Part shown: positions 14,397 through 29,389 of the stretch, piece by piece
How positions within the stretch are numbered: the stretch's first letter is position 1
Layout of the letters: every line of letters begins with the position of its first letter
Origin: Amoebidium appalachense
Lineage: Eukaryota; Protista; Ichthyosporea
NCBI GenBank assembly: GCA_963693365.1
Contig: CAVNZM010000003.1
Location: forward strand, 4,411,106-4,475,105
Direction of reading: 5' to 3'
Length of the DNA: 64,000 nt
Program-made: the position numbers and the translations under genes
The notes under the pieces: model-generated
What the model saw: only the letters and a program-made list of their open reading frames with translations
The model's database searches: none
What the model was told of the DNA's origin: nothing

Positions 14397-15763
14397 ATTT
14401 CTTTTTTTTTTCTTTTTTTTTTTCATTTAACCCGTTTTGTTCCCGGAGGTACCCCTAGGGGCCCTCAGGGAGAACTACCGTCTTCCACCCAGCACCGACA
14501 GTACTCTAGCTAGGGCGCTACGATGCTAGTAGCTAATTATAAACTGACACACCTATAACCATCCTAACTATATGTGCACACTTTGCCCGGGGTGTCAACC
14601 CCAGCCAACCAGTGGGTAGCACCAGGCTTCCCCTCCACTCAGAACCGACGAATAAACTTGAAAAACTGGGCTCTCATTGGTTCATCTAAAGTGGTGGAAT
14701 GTGTGGTGTGGTGTGGGTGGGTTTACGGGGGATAATGGTGTATGGTGGGGTCTGGTGGTGGTGGGTGGCTGCCTAATAGTACATGGTGTTGTACATTTTG
14801 GGTGGCTACGGTGTAATGATCTAAGAGCCAAGGGTTGCATGGTTGGTTTGTTCTGTGTGTGTGTCTGCAGGTTGGCCATGCTGCCTGTGTGTGTGTGGGT
14901 TGTGTGTGTGTGTGTGATTTGGGTTTCGGTGGGGCTCTACGTCTCTGTTTACGTGTGGTCTTGGAATGTTTGTGTTTGTGCATTTTAGGGTGTGTGGGTG
15001 GGAGGGTCGTGTTACGTGGTGTTCATATCTTAGCATAGAAGAAAGTTTGCAATTCTACGGTTATTTAAGCTAAGATGGCACGTGCCGTGGGCTCTGTGGT
15101 GCCGAGGTCTGTTAGTAGGGGCCCCACGGATCGTGGGCAGAAACCCCGTATGACCCACTTGATGTCTTCGGAGTCTGGTAGGCCGGGCTGCCCTCCGATC
15201 CACTTGAGACACTCACACTGGGAGGTGGCCGTGTTGGCTGTCTGCCGGTGTTGTGCCGTGGGGGTCTTGGGGTGACGGGAGTGCAGAACATTGTAGATGC
15301 ATGCCGTGATGGCCGTGGTCAGAGAGGGGGCTTCCTTGGCATGTGCCGAGCAGGACCAGAGGTGGGCCGTCGTCTCCGGATGCTGTTGGCACCTGGGGCA
15401 CGTGGGTTCCGTGACGATGGTCGGGTGGTCTCGGTGGAGCCTGGCCATGGTGGGTAGGGTGCCCATAGCCAGTGATAGGCTCCGGTTGTTGCCCTTTACG
15501 GCCCGGATCGATGCCTGGGCTGGGCCCTTTTTGAGTTTCAAGGGGTCCCTCTCGGCTGGGAGTAGACGGGGGCCGGCGAGGACGGACATGGCCTCCGTCT
15601 TGCCGGCCCTTTCCTTGAGGTATTTCCTGGTCAAACGGTTTAGGGAGCCGGGAATGTTGCCGGGGATTTGGTGTCCTTGTAGTCCAAGGGTGTATCTGCC
15701 CCCTCCTGGGGCTGGGGGTGTGGGGGGCGGGGAGGGGGGGGGGGGGGGGGGGGGGGGGGCGGC
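14397..15763 (-). mobile_element. 5'-truncated, decayed non-LTR retrotransposon (L1/Tx1-like ORF2 C-terminus with zf-RVT)
   Basis: 13-bp TSD ACCGAGAGGATTG at 14384-14396 and 15764-15776, and a poly(A) tail (T-run at ~14402-14423 on +). The frame ~15700-15065 has LPTMARL..CPRCQQHPETTAHLWSC and RGFCP. It continues through in-frame stops to FYAKI*TPRN, i.e. the typical IWxxRN with TGG>TGA. Confidence 0.85.
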
Positions 15764-16024
15764 ACCGAGAGGATTGGAGTCAGGGAGTTTTTGTCTGGAA
15801 TTTCAAAATCAAATGCCACCACCAAGAAGAAGAAATAAAAAAAAAGGCTGGTGACGGTGACACACAATTCAGTGCGTGCCCAATGAACGAATCAATCCAA
15901 AATCCCCCAGGGGGCCCCTCCCCCTTCACAAACACACACACACACAATCGTAACAATAGACAAACATACATACACGCACGCACACACGCACGCGCGCACA
16001 AGCACATACACATACACATACACG

Positions 16025-16095
<71 letters not shown>

Positions 16096-16324
16096 ACATA
16101 AAAACACACGCACACACACACACACAGAGACGCACACACACACACACAACACACATGTACACACGCACACACCGAACACACCACACACACACACAACATA
16201 CAACATCGTGACACACTCGCACACGCACGCACACGCACGCACGCACTCAGTGACTCACACACGCACACACGCGAAGCGCGCGCGCACACACACACGCACA
16301 CACACGCACGTACACGCACACGCG

Positions 16325-16431
<107 letters not shown>

Positions 16432-16793
16432 ACACACACACACACACAAGGATACACACACCTGCATCGATATCGGTCCGTTCGCCACTGTCACCAGTAT
16501 CGGCTGGCATGGCAGACCACTGCGACCAGTGGACCACCCCCAGATCTATTCGGATCTGAGGAATTCGACATCAGGTCATCTGCAAAGCATCTATTGGTTG
16601 TAAAATACCCATATTCCCCCAATATCATTCGTTGACCCCAAATAAAGTAAGTTATTGTCACAGTATTGTGGTGTATGATTGGTTGCATGCTCACACAGGG
16701 CGGCAATCGCCCACTCTGCAATTTTTCACCGCCGGACGGAACTGCACAAGTCAATTTTCTGTGCGAGCAGTGTTCAACGTGATCTTTCGGAAA

Positions 16794-16907
16794 ATGAGTA
16801 ATATTCGCCCCTGCAAGTTCGACTGGGGCTGCACGCGTCCAGACTGCTACTTTTGGCACCCAAATGTTAGAGCCCTTCTAACCCCCCCCCCCCCCCCCCT
16901 TTCGCCC

Positions 16908-16950
<43 letters not shown>

Positions 16951-17505
16951 ACCCACCCACCCACACAACTCGATCACTGCATTCCTCCCTGAATCCCCTC
17001 CACCTCTCCTTCCCACTTGAACTTCAACCACACCCCCTCCCCCGTTCTAAATCTAAACTCTACCTACATCTATTCTTCCCGCTCCCTTCCATGGCCACGT
17101 TTCCCTTTCCCCTGTCACCCCATTTGGGTCTGTTGTTTCCAACAATACGCTTCGACTCTCCGTTACCTTTTCATCTCTACAACACTATTTTACATCCCTG
17201 TATTCTTTGTACGTGGTATTTGAAATATACAACGAACTAATATTACATCACGGCTTATTTCTGCATGATAACCTCTCTCCCTTTTTCTCAAAAAGCTGGA
17301 AGTGTTTGCTCCAAGTGCATATTCTCTGGCACACGTTCTTCTGTAGCTTGAACATCAGTTCGGGCCTTTGGCCACGCGGGAAACATGTGAGCGTGACGTA
17401 GTCTTTATGTATATGTGGGTTATGTACAACCACGTGCACGCTGTTTTTATTGTACGAGAGTCTTAGTACACCTCCTTTCCTCGTTGCGCTCCCCCCTCCC
17501 CCCTT

Positions 17506-17536
<31 letters not shown>

Positions 17537-18129
17537 CCCTCCCCCCTCCCCCTCCCCTCTCCCTTCTCCCAGTACGTGTGTGCATACTTGCTATTGTGTG
17601 TGCGGTTTCTGCCTATACCTCTGCGTTTATAAACGTGATAGCTGCGTGCTGTTGTGTAGGTGTGTGTGTGTGGGGGGGGGGGGTAGGGGGAGGGGGGGAA
17701 GGGAGGGGAGGGGAGGGGGGTTATGGTTGTCCGTGCCTTGTTTGCGTCTGTCTCTCTCTCAGCGTGTGTGTGTGTTTCTCTCTCTTCTCTCTCTGAGTGT
17801 ATGTATGTTTGTCTCCCTCTTTCCCCGTGTGTGTGTGTGCGTGTGTACCAGTACCGGTGTTGTTGTTTGTGTTCGTCTGTGTTTAGACTCCTCCTTCTCC
17901 GTGTTTTTCTCTGTGTACAGTGTTTGCACGGATTGGTCATGCTCTTTCCGGTCTTTCAATGCGGTAAGAAATGACCAGGAAAAAAATGACTGAGCTACCA
18001 ATGCCCCTCCTCCCTCCCTCCCAAAACACACACACACACACACACGCGCGCGTGCGCGCACACATAGAATTCCACGCTCCCACCTGTATAATACACTCAC
18101 AACACACCGCAATCAAGCAGTCGTGAGCT

Positions 18130-18166
<37 letters not shown>

Positions 18167-19392
18167 CCGCCCCCACGCGCCACGCACACACACACACACC
18201 ATCCCCTTCTCCAAACCACTACATCCCCCCGTGCCGATCCACGCACCGATACACACGTGCGCACGAGACTCAATATCCCGACCATAGTCCTATGGCAACC
18301 CAGCAAGCCTGTGTGCCCCCCCCCCCCCCCCCTCTCCCCCCGCGCCTCCTCCCCCCAACACACACACACACACACACACGCACACACACTTATAGACTCA
18401 TAATGCCCACTCGTCGTGTGTTCTTTTCTTTTGATGGTTTTCATTGTCTGGCCCGTCGCGCATACTTCTTACTCACTAACACATATTACCTCCCCCCCCC
18501 CCCCTCCCCTCCCCCCCCCCTTCCCCCCTTTCCCCCCTCCCAAAAAAAAAAAGAAAAACTACACTGACACACACCTGCAGACCATGCTCACATGCCCCCC
18601 CTCCCCCCCACCCACCTACCCACCCCCCCGGGAAGAGGGCCCTTAAAAAGAGAAAGGGTGTGCATGTATGTGTGTGCACGCCGCGGGGGGGGGGGGGGGG
18701 GGGGGGGGGGCAAAAAACAAACAAACACACATTCTCATTCCGTGTTTCTTTCCCACCCCCTTCAGGGCCGCCAAATAGACTTTCTGCCGCACATGCAGCA
18801 GGGGGGCATGGTTGACCAATCATATGAGGGCACCGAGGGGCTCAGCTACGATCAGAGCAATCAGTGGTACCCCCAGGCTCGCAACTGTCAGGTATAACAA
18901 TCCTCTCCCCCCCCCCCCCCCCCTCTCCCCCCTCCCCCCCCCCCCCCCCCCTCCGCCCCCCTCCTCTACATTTTGTTGTCCGTTGAGTGTGTACTTGGAA
19001 CTCCATAACACATTCTTCTTCCCCCCCCCCCCCCCCCCCCCCCTCCGCCCCCCTCCTCTACATTTTGTTGTCCGTTGAGTGTGTACTTCGAACTCCATAA
19101 CACATTCTTCTTCCCCCCTCCCCCCCCCCCCCCCCCCCCCCCCGTCCCCTCCGGAGGATGGATTCTGCTTACGGTGCATATTGTGTGTTGCTGAAATTGC
19201 ATAGTAAATATGTTTTCTTTTGCATCTGCCCTGCACGCTTTTGCATAACATGCCCCCCCCCCCCCCCCCCCCTCCCCCCCCAACACACACACACACAACA
19301 TGCACTCACACGCATATAGGCAGGTAGCCATGCACACACACGAACAGGCCCACGAACAAATGCATGCACCTTCACACATGCACACAAGGCAC

Positions 19393-19436
<44 letters not shown>

Positions 19437-19467
19437 CACACAAGCACACAGACAAAACACCGACGAA

Positions 19468-19534
<67 letters not shown>

Positions 19535-19879
19535 ATACACATACACGCACACGCACACACACATAACACACACATCATTCTCTACCTCCTCCATCCTTAA
19601 ACGAAAGAACCCGATACAACCTTTATCACACCGAGCTCCCATCCCCTCTCTCTGCTGGTTTACTCACAGGATGCGCGCTGCTGAAATTGTACACTCGGTG
19701 TTTTCATTTGTGAGCACCAATCTATAATGCACTTTATCTTTGTCGCATTTTGTGTCATTGCTTTAGCCCATTAAAGTCGCATCCTCCCCCCTCCCTCCTT
19801 CACCCACCCACCCACCATTCCCCCCCCCCCCGCTTCCCCCCCTCTTCCCCTTACCCCCTCACCCCTTCACACACACGCG

Positions 19880-19959
<80 letters not shown>

Positions 19960-20051
19960 GGCACACACACACACACACACAGGCACACACACACGCACTC
20001 GCGCACATGTGCGCGCGCACACACGCCCACACGCACGCACACACACTCACT

Positions 20052-20092
<41 letters not shown>

Positions 20093-20644
20093 CTAGCGCC
20101 ACCTTGGCTGATCCCAACACGTACATACCGACACCTACACACACAACGTCATGCCCACACGAACACACGCGCACACATGCGCATACACACACGTACACCC
20201 GTACAAGTACACGTACACACATCTAAAAACACACGTATGCACTCACACACTCACACACCAACCCATTCACTCACTCGCTCACTCACTCACTCACTCACTC
20301 AATCACTCACTCTCACTCACTCACTCACCCTCTGCCTCCCCCCCCCCCTCCCCCCCTCCCCCGGGGCACACACACTCACACTCATGTACACAAACACACA
20401 CACACACACACACACTTACACACACGTACACACAACCACCACCACCACCACACAGACACACACACACACACACACATACCCACACACATACACCTACACG
20501 TACACACACACACACACACATGCACCTACACGTACACACACATACACACTCACTCACTCACTTCCTTACCCACCCACACACACACACACACACACTCCCT
20601 CTCCCTTACCCCCTCCCCCCCCCCTCCCCCCGCGGTCCAACCCC

Positions 20645-20695
<51 letters not shown>

Positions 20696-21056
20696 ACACA
20701 CAGTGCTGCCGTGGCTACATGTACCTGTGCAGTGCACCCACGTGCCTGACTGCTGCCGGCCCAGGCCAGTGCATGACCTGCCTTGCTGCCCCCACCGGTA
20801 ACGTGGCCCCCCACAACCCGGATCGCCATCCTGATACGTGGTTGCCCGGGAGCAGGTATGTGCACGTGTGAGCGTTGTTTTTTGCCCCGGTCTGAGTTTG
20901 TGGTCTTTCCATTCCCTTCGAACCTCTCTGTATGTTTGTTCGGTTTCTGTACAATGCCGTTGTTTGCCCCCCCTCCTCCCCCCCGCCCCCCGCACGGGCC
21001 CGCCGCCACACATCACCACGCACGTACACACACACACGGACACTCGCGCGCTGGCG

Positions 21057-21124
<68 letters not shown>

Positions 21125-22456
21125 AACACGGCCACCACAACCTGTAGTGTGGACTTTTAGTGCTTGGATGCAACTAGCCTCCCTTGTGCCACATGCTCCT
21201 TTGTCACGTCTCGATGCCCTGCACCGTGGTGTTCTTGATGTGTCTCTTTTTACTGTTCTGTGTACTACATTACCCCCCCCCCCCCCCCCCCCCCCCCCCC
21301 TCTCTCCCCACACACACACACACCAACTCAACTGTTTTGTCGGTCTCGCATGCGTACCCCATACTCTGTAAAGGCCCCCCTCCCCTCTCCCGCCTCACCC
21401 CCCGCTGCTTGGATGTAAATGGTGCAGGTTTTTAGTTGGTTTGGATCTGTTTCACGCCTTGGACTCCCCACCCAGAGACGTTTTGATTTTTTCGTTTTTT
21501 TTTGTGTCTGATGGTGTGTTATATGAGGATGGGCGGGCGGGCGGACGGGCAGGCCGCCGAGGGAAGTAGGGGTGGGGTGGTGGTGGTGGTTGGGGAGGGA
21601 GGGGGGATAAACTGCAGAGATGAAGTACATAAGGGAAGGAGTGAAGGGTAAGGAGGGAGGGAGGGAGGGAAGGAGATGGGGGAAGAGGAGAGAGATTTTG
21701 TGGGGGAAGGCGGGGAGGGACGAAGGGGGGCGCGGGCGGAAAGGGGGTGGGTGGTGGGGGGGAGGGGGACAGAGAGAGGACAGTGCTTTTTGATTTTGAT
21801 GTGTGCTTGTGTGTAGCATACTGTGGCCAAAACCCTTTCAAAACAAAACAGTGATCACACCAAAGTCCGCTTGTTTTGGCTTAACATTTCTAATGCTATC
21901 CTACACGATGAATTCCCTGTGGTATTGTGCCCCATCGAGGATGGGCCTGCTTGTGATGCATACTCTTTGTATGTGCTCTGCAGTTCTGTGTTGTGTTGTC
22001 CATAGGGTATGTGTTCTTCGTACTCTGCAAATCATTTTTAGCACCTTGAACAAACCTCCACACACATGCACAGATGCATGTGCGCGCACAAATATGCACA
22101 TGTTCTGCCGGACAAAGGAGTGCGCGCACACACACACGCAGACATGCACGCACGCACACACACACATACACACACGTAGACCTCACTGGCTTCACAACCA
22201 CTCACACAATAGGCTCCCGCCGCACGCGCACAGATTCGGTGCACACCCCACCCTTCCCTTATCTTCCCTGTATGCTCTCCTCTCAGATTGGGGCTGTGCA
22301 CATGCTCATTTGTTGTTGGAGCACAGTGTCGGTCGCAACTTTGAAGATTTTGCCCTTGAACGGTTTTAGAAACCATCGGACTAGTTCGACCCATGTACAC
22401 TCACCCCAATTTTTTTATTTTTTTTTTGGAGGGAGGGGGGGGGGGGGAAACAAAAA

Positions 22457-22527
<71 letters not shown>

Positions 22528-22878
22528 CACACAAGGTTTTACATTCAATGCTTGAGCAACCAGCAAACCAATTCTCTCCGTCCCCTTATAAATTAAAAAG
22601 TATAACCAATGCTAATCTTAAAAAACAGGAACTGCAATTGCTGCAAGGGCTACGTCTACAACTGCCAGGGTGCCACGTGCGCCGCCCTGGGGATGGGCGA
22701 GTGCGGATGTGTTTACGAACAGCACGTCGGCGACGAAAAGCCGCCCAATCAAACCTCCGTCTCCGATGACGAACAGGACGAGATTGCACGGGCCATGGAC
22801 GAAGCAAACAAGGAAAAGGAAATTGCTGAGACGGCGGCTGCGGTGGCGGGGTTAAACGTGGGAGAGAAGAAGGAGTGA
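16794..22878 (+). CDS. 199-aa protein: N-terminal CCCH zinc finger, two tandem Cys-rich WxPxxRNCxCCxGYxYxC repeats, acidic helical tail
   Basis: Exons 16794-16865, 18766-18891, 20704-20855, 22629-22878 (600 nt, all GT-AG, phases match). [16 protein letters not shown] is C-x5-C-x4-C-x3-H. Repeats [18 protein letters not shown].. and [18 protein letters not shown].. are each split across a junction and rejoin in frame. Confidence 0.88.
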
Positions 22879-23439
22879 CCAGAAATGGGTTAAGTGTGTG
22901 TGTGGGGGGGGAGGGGGGGGGGTTTAACTGTGGGTACTTACGAAACTGGTTTTTTTTCCTGTCGAGAACTAGACCAGGTTTGTAGTGGTTGGAGGGTGGT
23001 GGTTTGTTTGTTTCAGCTCACTCCCGGAACTCCAAAACACGGTGTGCACTGGGTCTTTAGACGCAATGTGTCTGGCTTGGGGAATGTTGATTCGATTTCT
23101 GAATTAAGAGTAGTGTGACAGTCATGAGAGTTTGTGGATATTTGGGTTTTTTCATGCCCGTAGTCGCTGTGTATGCTTTGCAGGATTAAGGATTTTTTAT
23201 TTTGTGCGTACGGCCACTCCCGCTTGTATGAATGAAAACCCTTCTTCCTACGCTCGGCTGGCATGACGATATATATGTGCCGCAACATGTAGTCCCTAGT
23301 GCACACACTACCTAGCAGATTTATGTCGTTTTATCCAGTCGTGTGCGTGTGGTGAGCACTGGTGTGTTCTGCAGTTAGCATGCCGTCCAATAAAATTGAC
23401 AACATGTAAACTGATACATACATACACAGGTCAGAATCC

Positions 23440-23474
<35 letters not shown>

Positions 23475-23664
23475 AACACACACACACACACCACACGCAC
23501 GCACAGAGAGAGACATGCAGAGACACACATCCCCCCTCCCTCCCCCCACCGTGGCAGGTTCCGGCCGGCCTGCAATGATTTTGTTGGTCTGTTATTACTT
23601 ACCGTCAAAGACATTGGTTAGGAACCTGCAGACCTGCAGCATATAGGTACCGTTTATAATTACC

Positions 23665-23723
<59 letters not shown>

Positions 23724-23875
23724 GGAGAAGTACTTGTAATAGTTGTTCTCCCCCCCCCCCACCCACCCAAAAAAAAAAAAAAAAAAAATCAAGTTGAGAT
23801 GGTACATGTACACCCGCCCGTTCCGCGGCCGTGACATGTGTACTATATCATTAAATAGAGTGCATACGCATTATC

Positions 23876-23924
<49 letters not shown>

Positions 23925-24018
23925 ACCCCCTGACCCCTCCCCCCCCCCGAGGCTCTCTCTCTCTCTCTTCTCTCTCTCACTCTCTCTCTCTCTGCCTCCC
24001 TCCCCCCTCCCCCCTGAG

Positions 24019-24088
<70 letters not shown>

Positions 24089-24131
24089 CCTCCCTCCCTC
24101 CCTCCCTCCCTCCCTCCCCCCTCCCCCCCCT

Positions 24132-24176
<45 letters not shown>

Positions 24177-24266
24177 CCCCCCCCCCCCTCCCCCCCCCCC
24201 CTCCCTCCCTCTCCCTCTCTCCCTCCCTCTCGCCTCTCTCTCTCAGAGTCTCTTTCTCTCTCTCTC

Positions 24267-24300
<34 letters not shown>

Positions 24301-24337
24301 TCCCCCCCTCCCGCCAACCCTCCCATCGGCCCCCCCT

Positions 24338-24370
<33 letters not shown>

Positions 24371-24853
24371 AAAACAAAAACAAAAAAAAAAGTAATCATA
24401 AAATAATCATTCCATAGTAATGATAATAATAAACATGGATATAAATAACATCTACCATATTTTTATGCATTATATTTGATAAATTTAATCGCTATGCGTT
24501 TTCTTTGCTCTTGTGACCAATCCTTCTATAGCCCAATGGACTTTAATTACCGTTAGAAATTAGAAGACTGGCTTATTTAGATAATCCTGCTATTATGTCT
24601 ATTGACTATCTGTTGAACCACGGTATGTTTAATGAGTTTTCTAGGGTGTATGATTATTTAAGTCGTTATCTCCTCCGTATCCGAGAGTGAGGGCTTTTGT
24701 ATTTTCTTCTCCGAGATATCACCGAAGATATCTCGATGGCTTCTATTTTGCTGAGCATATCAATAAAGTCATTATAAAAAAAAAAATTCGGAAGTGAGCC
24801 ACACGCAATTTACACTCCTCTGGCGCTATCTTTACTTTCCTTTTTTGGAAGGC

Positions 24854-24925
24854 TTTTGGCGCGAAAAGCGCTTTAGTTAAACCAATCAAATCGCTTAAAA
24901 AAGAGCGCGAAAAAATAACCAATCG
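24854..24925 (+). promoter_or_regulatory. E2F-site and CCAAT-box cluster upstream of the E2F gene
   Basis: Palindromic double E2F site TTTTGGCGCGAAAA at 24854-24867, a second GCGCGAAA at ~24905-24912, and CCAAT boxes at ~24882 and ~24919, about 480 bp upstream of the predicted start codon. Confidence 0.65.
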
Positions 24926-25383
24926 TCTTGCGGCACTATCAAAACACCGGCCGGCGTCAAAACATCGCGTTCTGCTTCTGTGTGTCGCGGATTCTGTTCT
25001 TGTTTCGAAAAACGAAGCGTTTTTCTTGAGGATTTCCTCCCATCCGAGGCCCATCGAACCTCCATCCATTCATTTCCCCCTCTTATTTACCATTTTTTCG
25101 ATGTAGACGTGTCTTGGGATGTTATAGAGACCAAAATTGGGGCGCTTTAGCGATTGGTAATGGTTGTGGGAGCGATGGAAGAGGAGCCGGTGTTGCTGGA
25201 GCCGTAAAAAAACATGTTTCCGCATTTGAATGACAAATGAGCTCAGATTTGATAGTTTATGTTTATATATATTTATGTTAGCCACCTAAACAGTAGGTGT
25301 AATATTCATTATTCTATAAGCGTTTGTTTCTTGTGAATGTGCTTTGAACACCGCATGAAGCCAGAAAGGCCCATCACATCGAA

Positions 25384-27351
25384 ATGAAGACTGCACAGGT
25401 AAGACGATGACACCGACATGAAGCTGAAACATTTCTTTACCGAATAACCATAAAGCATTTTGATTTGCTATGAGGGTTATATGTCTTATCTGTTTTGCAT
25501 CTTGGCCGTGTGATCTTTACATCTTTCTTAATACATAGCAACATAGAGAAGGGGCGCACTTGTTTACTGCATCTAAAGGAAAGTGGACAATGCCATAGAT
25601 GTGCACACGGCTTGGGTTTTTGTCGAAGATAGTTCACATTAAACGTTCTTTTGCTCCTACAGAGAGTCCGTGGTATCGAAAGCATGACGCTAGATTGATT
25701 CAATTCATAACAGGGATATAGGTTAGCACAGACGTATATGACACTCTTTGTAAAGCTTGGGAGTCGTGTGAGGTGAGGGAGGGGGGTGGGGGGGGAAGAC
25801 ACGCACTTGAGGGAAAGGGCTGTCTATTGGTGTGGGTTGGCGCACTAGCTATAAGCATTGGTGAGGTTGAACAAGAGAGAAGGTTACTAGCTCTGTGCTT
25901 CTCTTGTGGTGCGGGGGTTTCTTTCCTGTTTTTCTTTTTCTGGGCCAGGGCTTGGTATTTTGCAGTACGGAGAGTGGTAATGTTTGCTAGTTGTTATGGC
26001 AGACAACGGGAATAGTGGCATTGTCATTCCTCCACCTTTATTTCATTTTGCTCTTCTTTTTCCTTTTCCTTTTCCCCCCCCCTTTACTTCTTCCAATACT
26101 CCTCGCCTTTTTCATCACCTCTTCTTTCACGTCTTTTTCTTTGGTTCAAGTGGACCGTTCCATCGAAGGAACAAAAAATGAAGAGTGAACTGACCTCCCC
26201 CCCCCCCCCCCTTCTCAAACTCCCCCCCCCCCCTCTCCCCCCCCCCCCCACACACACATACACAGAAACATTTGACGGCCAAGCGGCGCCTCATGCTGCC
26301 AGAGAACAATGTGCGAACCTCGGGCGTATTTGTAGCCCCAAAGAGCCCATGCCAGAGGGATTCCCCTGCAGAATTCAACAAGAAGAAACTCCAACAACAT
26401 ACGAAGAAACGTAGGTGTTTTCGTTGTCTGTGGAATGTCGAAACTATGCTGTACCCTCATAATCATTGAAGTCTGGACTATTTCTACCTTTTAACATTTC
26501 AATTGCAAGGCCACGTATTACTCGGGAGATCTTGCTCTATTTTCACCTTTCAGCATTTCAATCTCGGTGTGGGTGTTGCTATACATGTCGCATAGCACCT
26601 ATTCTGGTCATATCGATTTGCGATCTTCAGAAACGACTTTTGTGAGTTCTCTCGAACCTCTGCCACCTTCACCCTCATGATTAACACCTGCGGGGATATA
26701 CAAAATCTTCCTATACAATCTGTATATATATATGTGTGTGTGTTCTACATCTCACGTCTACATGCTACAATTACCTACCATCTTTTACGGTGCCAATTGT
26801 GCAGGAAAGCGATTGGTTTGTAATGTAGAGTAAAGACCCGGCGGCAAAATAGCAGCCCTTTCTCTGGAAAAATGTCACACGCCTAACGAACTACCATTTC
26901 CCCCCCCACAACGATATGTTGCCATTGTTCGCGGTTTTCTCATAGGTGAAATTTGAATTTGCTTTGTATGTGCAATATGGACCCGTATTAATAAGATTTT
27001 TTTTTAAGTATCCAGTGAGAGAAGATGAAAATAACCTGGATACGCCTACGACCATTTGCACACTCCCCCGTCTGTGATGGACGTGATATGAAAAACTGAC
27101 CTCCTCAAATGGGGGGAGCTGTTAGAAATGATTTTTTCGTTTAACTTAGGATGAGAGCGACAAAATATCACTGTATCTGAGTTTGGCTTTGCATGCAACG
27201 GACATGAAATTTGGGTATTGAGGATAAGTTGACCTCTTGCTTTTTGGCTCCACTTTTGCCGCATGCTCTGTGTTTCGTTCTTTTAATATCTTCCTTTCAT
27301 TGACTGTCCCTGTTGTGGGTACTTCATACTCAACGTACAACCCCCTCCCCC

Positions 27352-27397
<46 letters not shown>

Positions 27398-29119
27398 ACA
27401 CACACACACAAAAAAAAAAAGAAAGAAAGAAAGAATAAAAGAAAAGAAAAAAAAAAGAGAAGGGTGTGTGTGTGGGAGGGGGGGGGGGGGGGGGTACTCC
27501 AATTCACAATGTAATCTCTGTTCTCCTATGTTAATGTGTACTTCGTTGTCTATAATACATTCTATCCCCCCACCCCAAATCACCCCACCCCACCTCACCC
27601 CACCCCACCCCAACCTACCCTACTTCTTCCTCACCCCCTCCCCTCCCCCTCCCCCTCCCCCTCCCCTCCCCCTCCCCCTCCCCCTCCCCCTCCCCTCCTC
27701 CTCCAAAAAATGAAAAGTAATGGTAGTCATAACAATAATGCCCACACTGATAATGATAATGATAATATTAATATTAACAATAACAATAATGATATTTAAC
27801 AAAGATAAGGACGTCAATAGCAACAACAACAACAATAGTTAACACTGCTCTAGCATACATTCTCTAACATTTTCTCATTATACAGCTTCAGCCACCACCA
27901 TCGGCCTACTGACCCGACGGTTTGCCAAGATGCTCCAACGACACTACCCACGAGGCATCAAGTATTGCGACGCAGCAGAGAAACTGGGCGTGACAAAGCG
28001 GCGGCTGTACGACATATCGAACATTCTGGAAGGAGTTGGCCTCGTGAGCAGGAAGAAGGACCGCATCACGTGGAGGTTGGTATTCTGCCTGCACTTATTT
28101 ATTTACCTATTTATTCTGTTTTATGGCTCGATTTCGCTTTTTTTTTTTTTTTTTTTTTTTTTTTTTGTGGGAGGGGGTGGGGGGTGGGGTTTATTTTTGT
28201 CTTTTGGTGTCACCTCCATATTTCCAACCCTCTATTGCATACATCACATCCCCCCCCCCCCCCCCCCCCCCCCCCTTCCCCCCCTTCCCCCCCACGGGAC
28301 ACACACAAAACATCCGCGTTAAGTTATCCATTGTTAACGTCCGTTTCACTCTGTGTATTATCGCTCTATAACCCCCTCCCCTCTCTCCAACTCTTATCCC
28401 CCTTCCCCCTTCCCGCTCCTGCTGTGGCCGCCCACCGTCCTTCCTCCTATTCCTTGCCCCCTGCACCATGCTTCTCATCGTGGATGCGTACTTCGTACCG
28501 TGTTCCGCATTCACCCCCCCCCCCCCCCCCCCCCCTACCCCCCATGAACGGGCCCCCCTCTAGGATGGGCTCTACTTACATATGACACATGCTCGTTATG
28601 TGTGCTTTGGAAAAGCCGCATTGTGTTGTCGGTCGTAAATTTGTCCTTCCGTTCTCTGTAACTCATTCTTATACCTTCCCCCCTCCCCATTCCCCTCTCC
28701 CTTTCTCCCCCTCCCACCCACCCTCCCTCCCATCCCCCTCCCTCCCATCCCCCTCCCCCCCCCTCCCTTCCCCAACACACAGCCAACAAAACCTCGACAG
28801 AGCCCAAGTGGAACTACTATCCCCATACCTGCCGAAATCGCCAAAATCACCGAAATCGCTGAAAGAAACGGCGGAAGAAGTCGACGAACTGGGGGTGGCT
28901 CTGAGTCTGAGAGCGGAAGTGGACGAGTTGGGAAAGATTGAGAGGATGCTTGATGAACATGGGAAGTTGATGCAAGAGTCACTACTTGCACTGGCAAACG
29001 ACCCGGAAACGATGTCATATCCACTGAGTGATCATGGAGATTTGCGCAATATTGGTGAAATTTTGGGGAAGTTTGCGGGGGGGTGGGGGGGGGTGGGGGG
29101 AAGTGGTTTTTTTTTTTTT

Positions 29120-29165
<46 letters not shown>

Positions 29166-29292
29166 GGGAGGCTGGAAGTGGGTGTGGCTTTGAGTGTGGG
29201 TGTGGAAATGGTGACAGATCTTTTTTATTGCCGTTTGAGGTTGTGGATGGGTGGGTGTGGGCCCATCTGCATAATTCGTTCCTTTTCCGTGT

Positions 29293-29349
<57 letters not shown>

Positions 29350-29358
29350 GGGGGAGGT

Positions 29359-29389
<31 letters not shown>

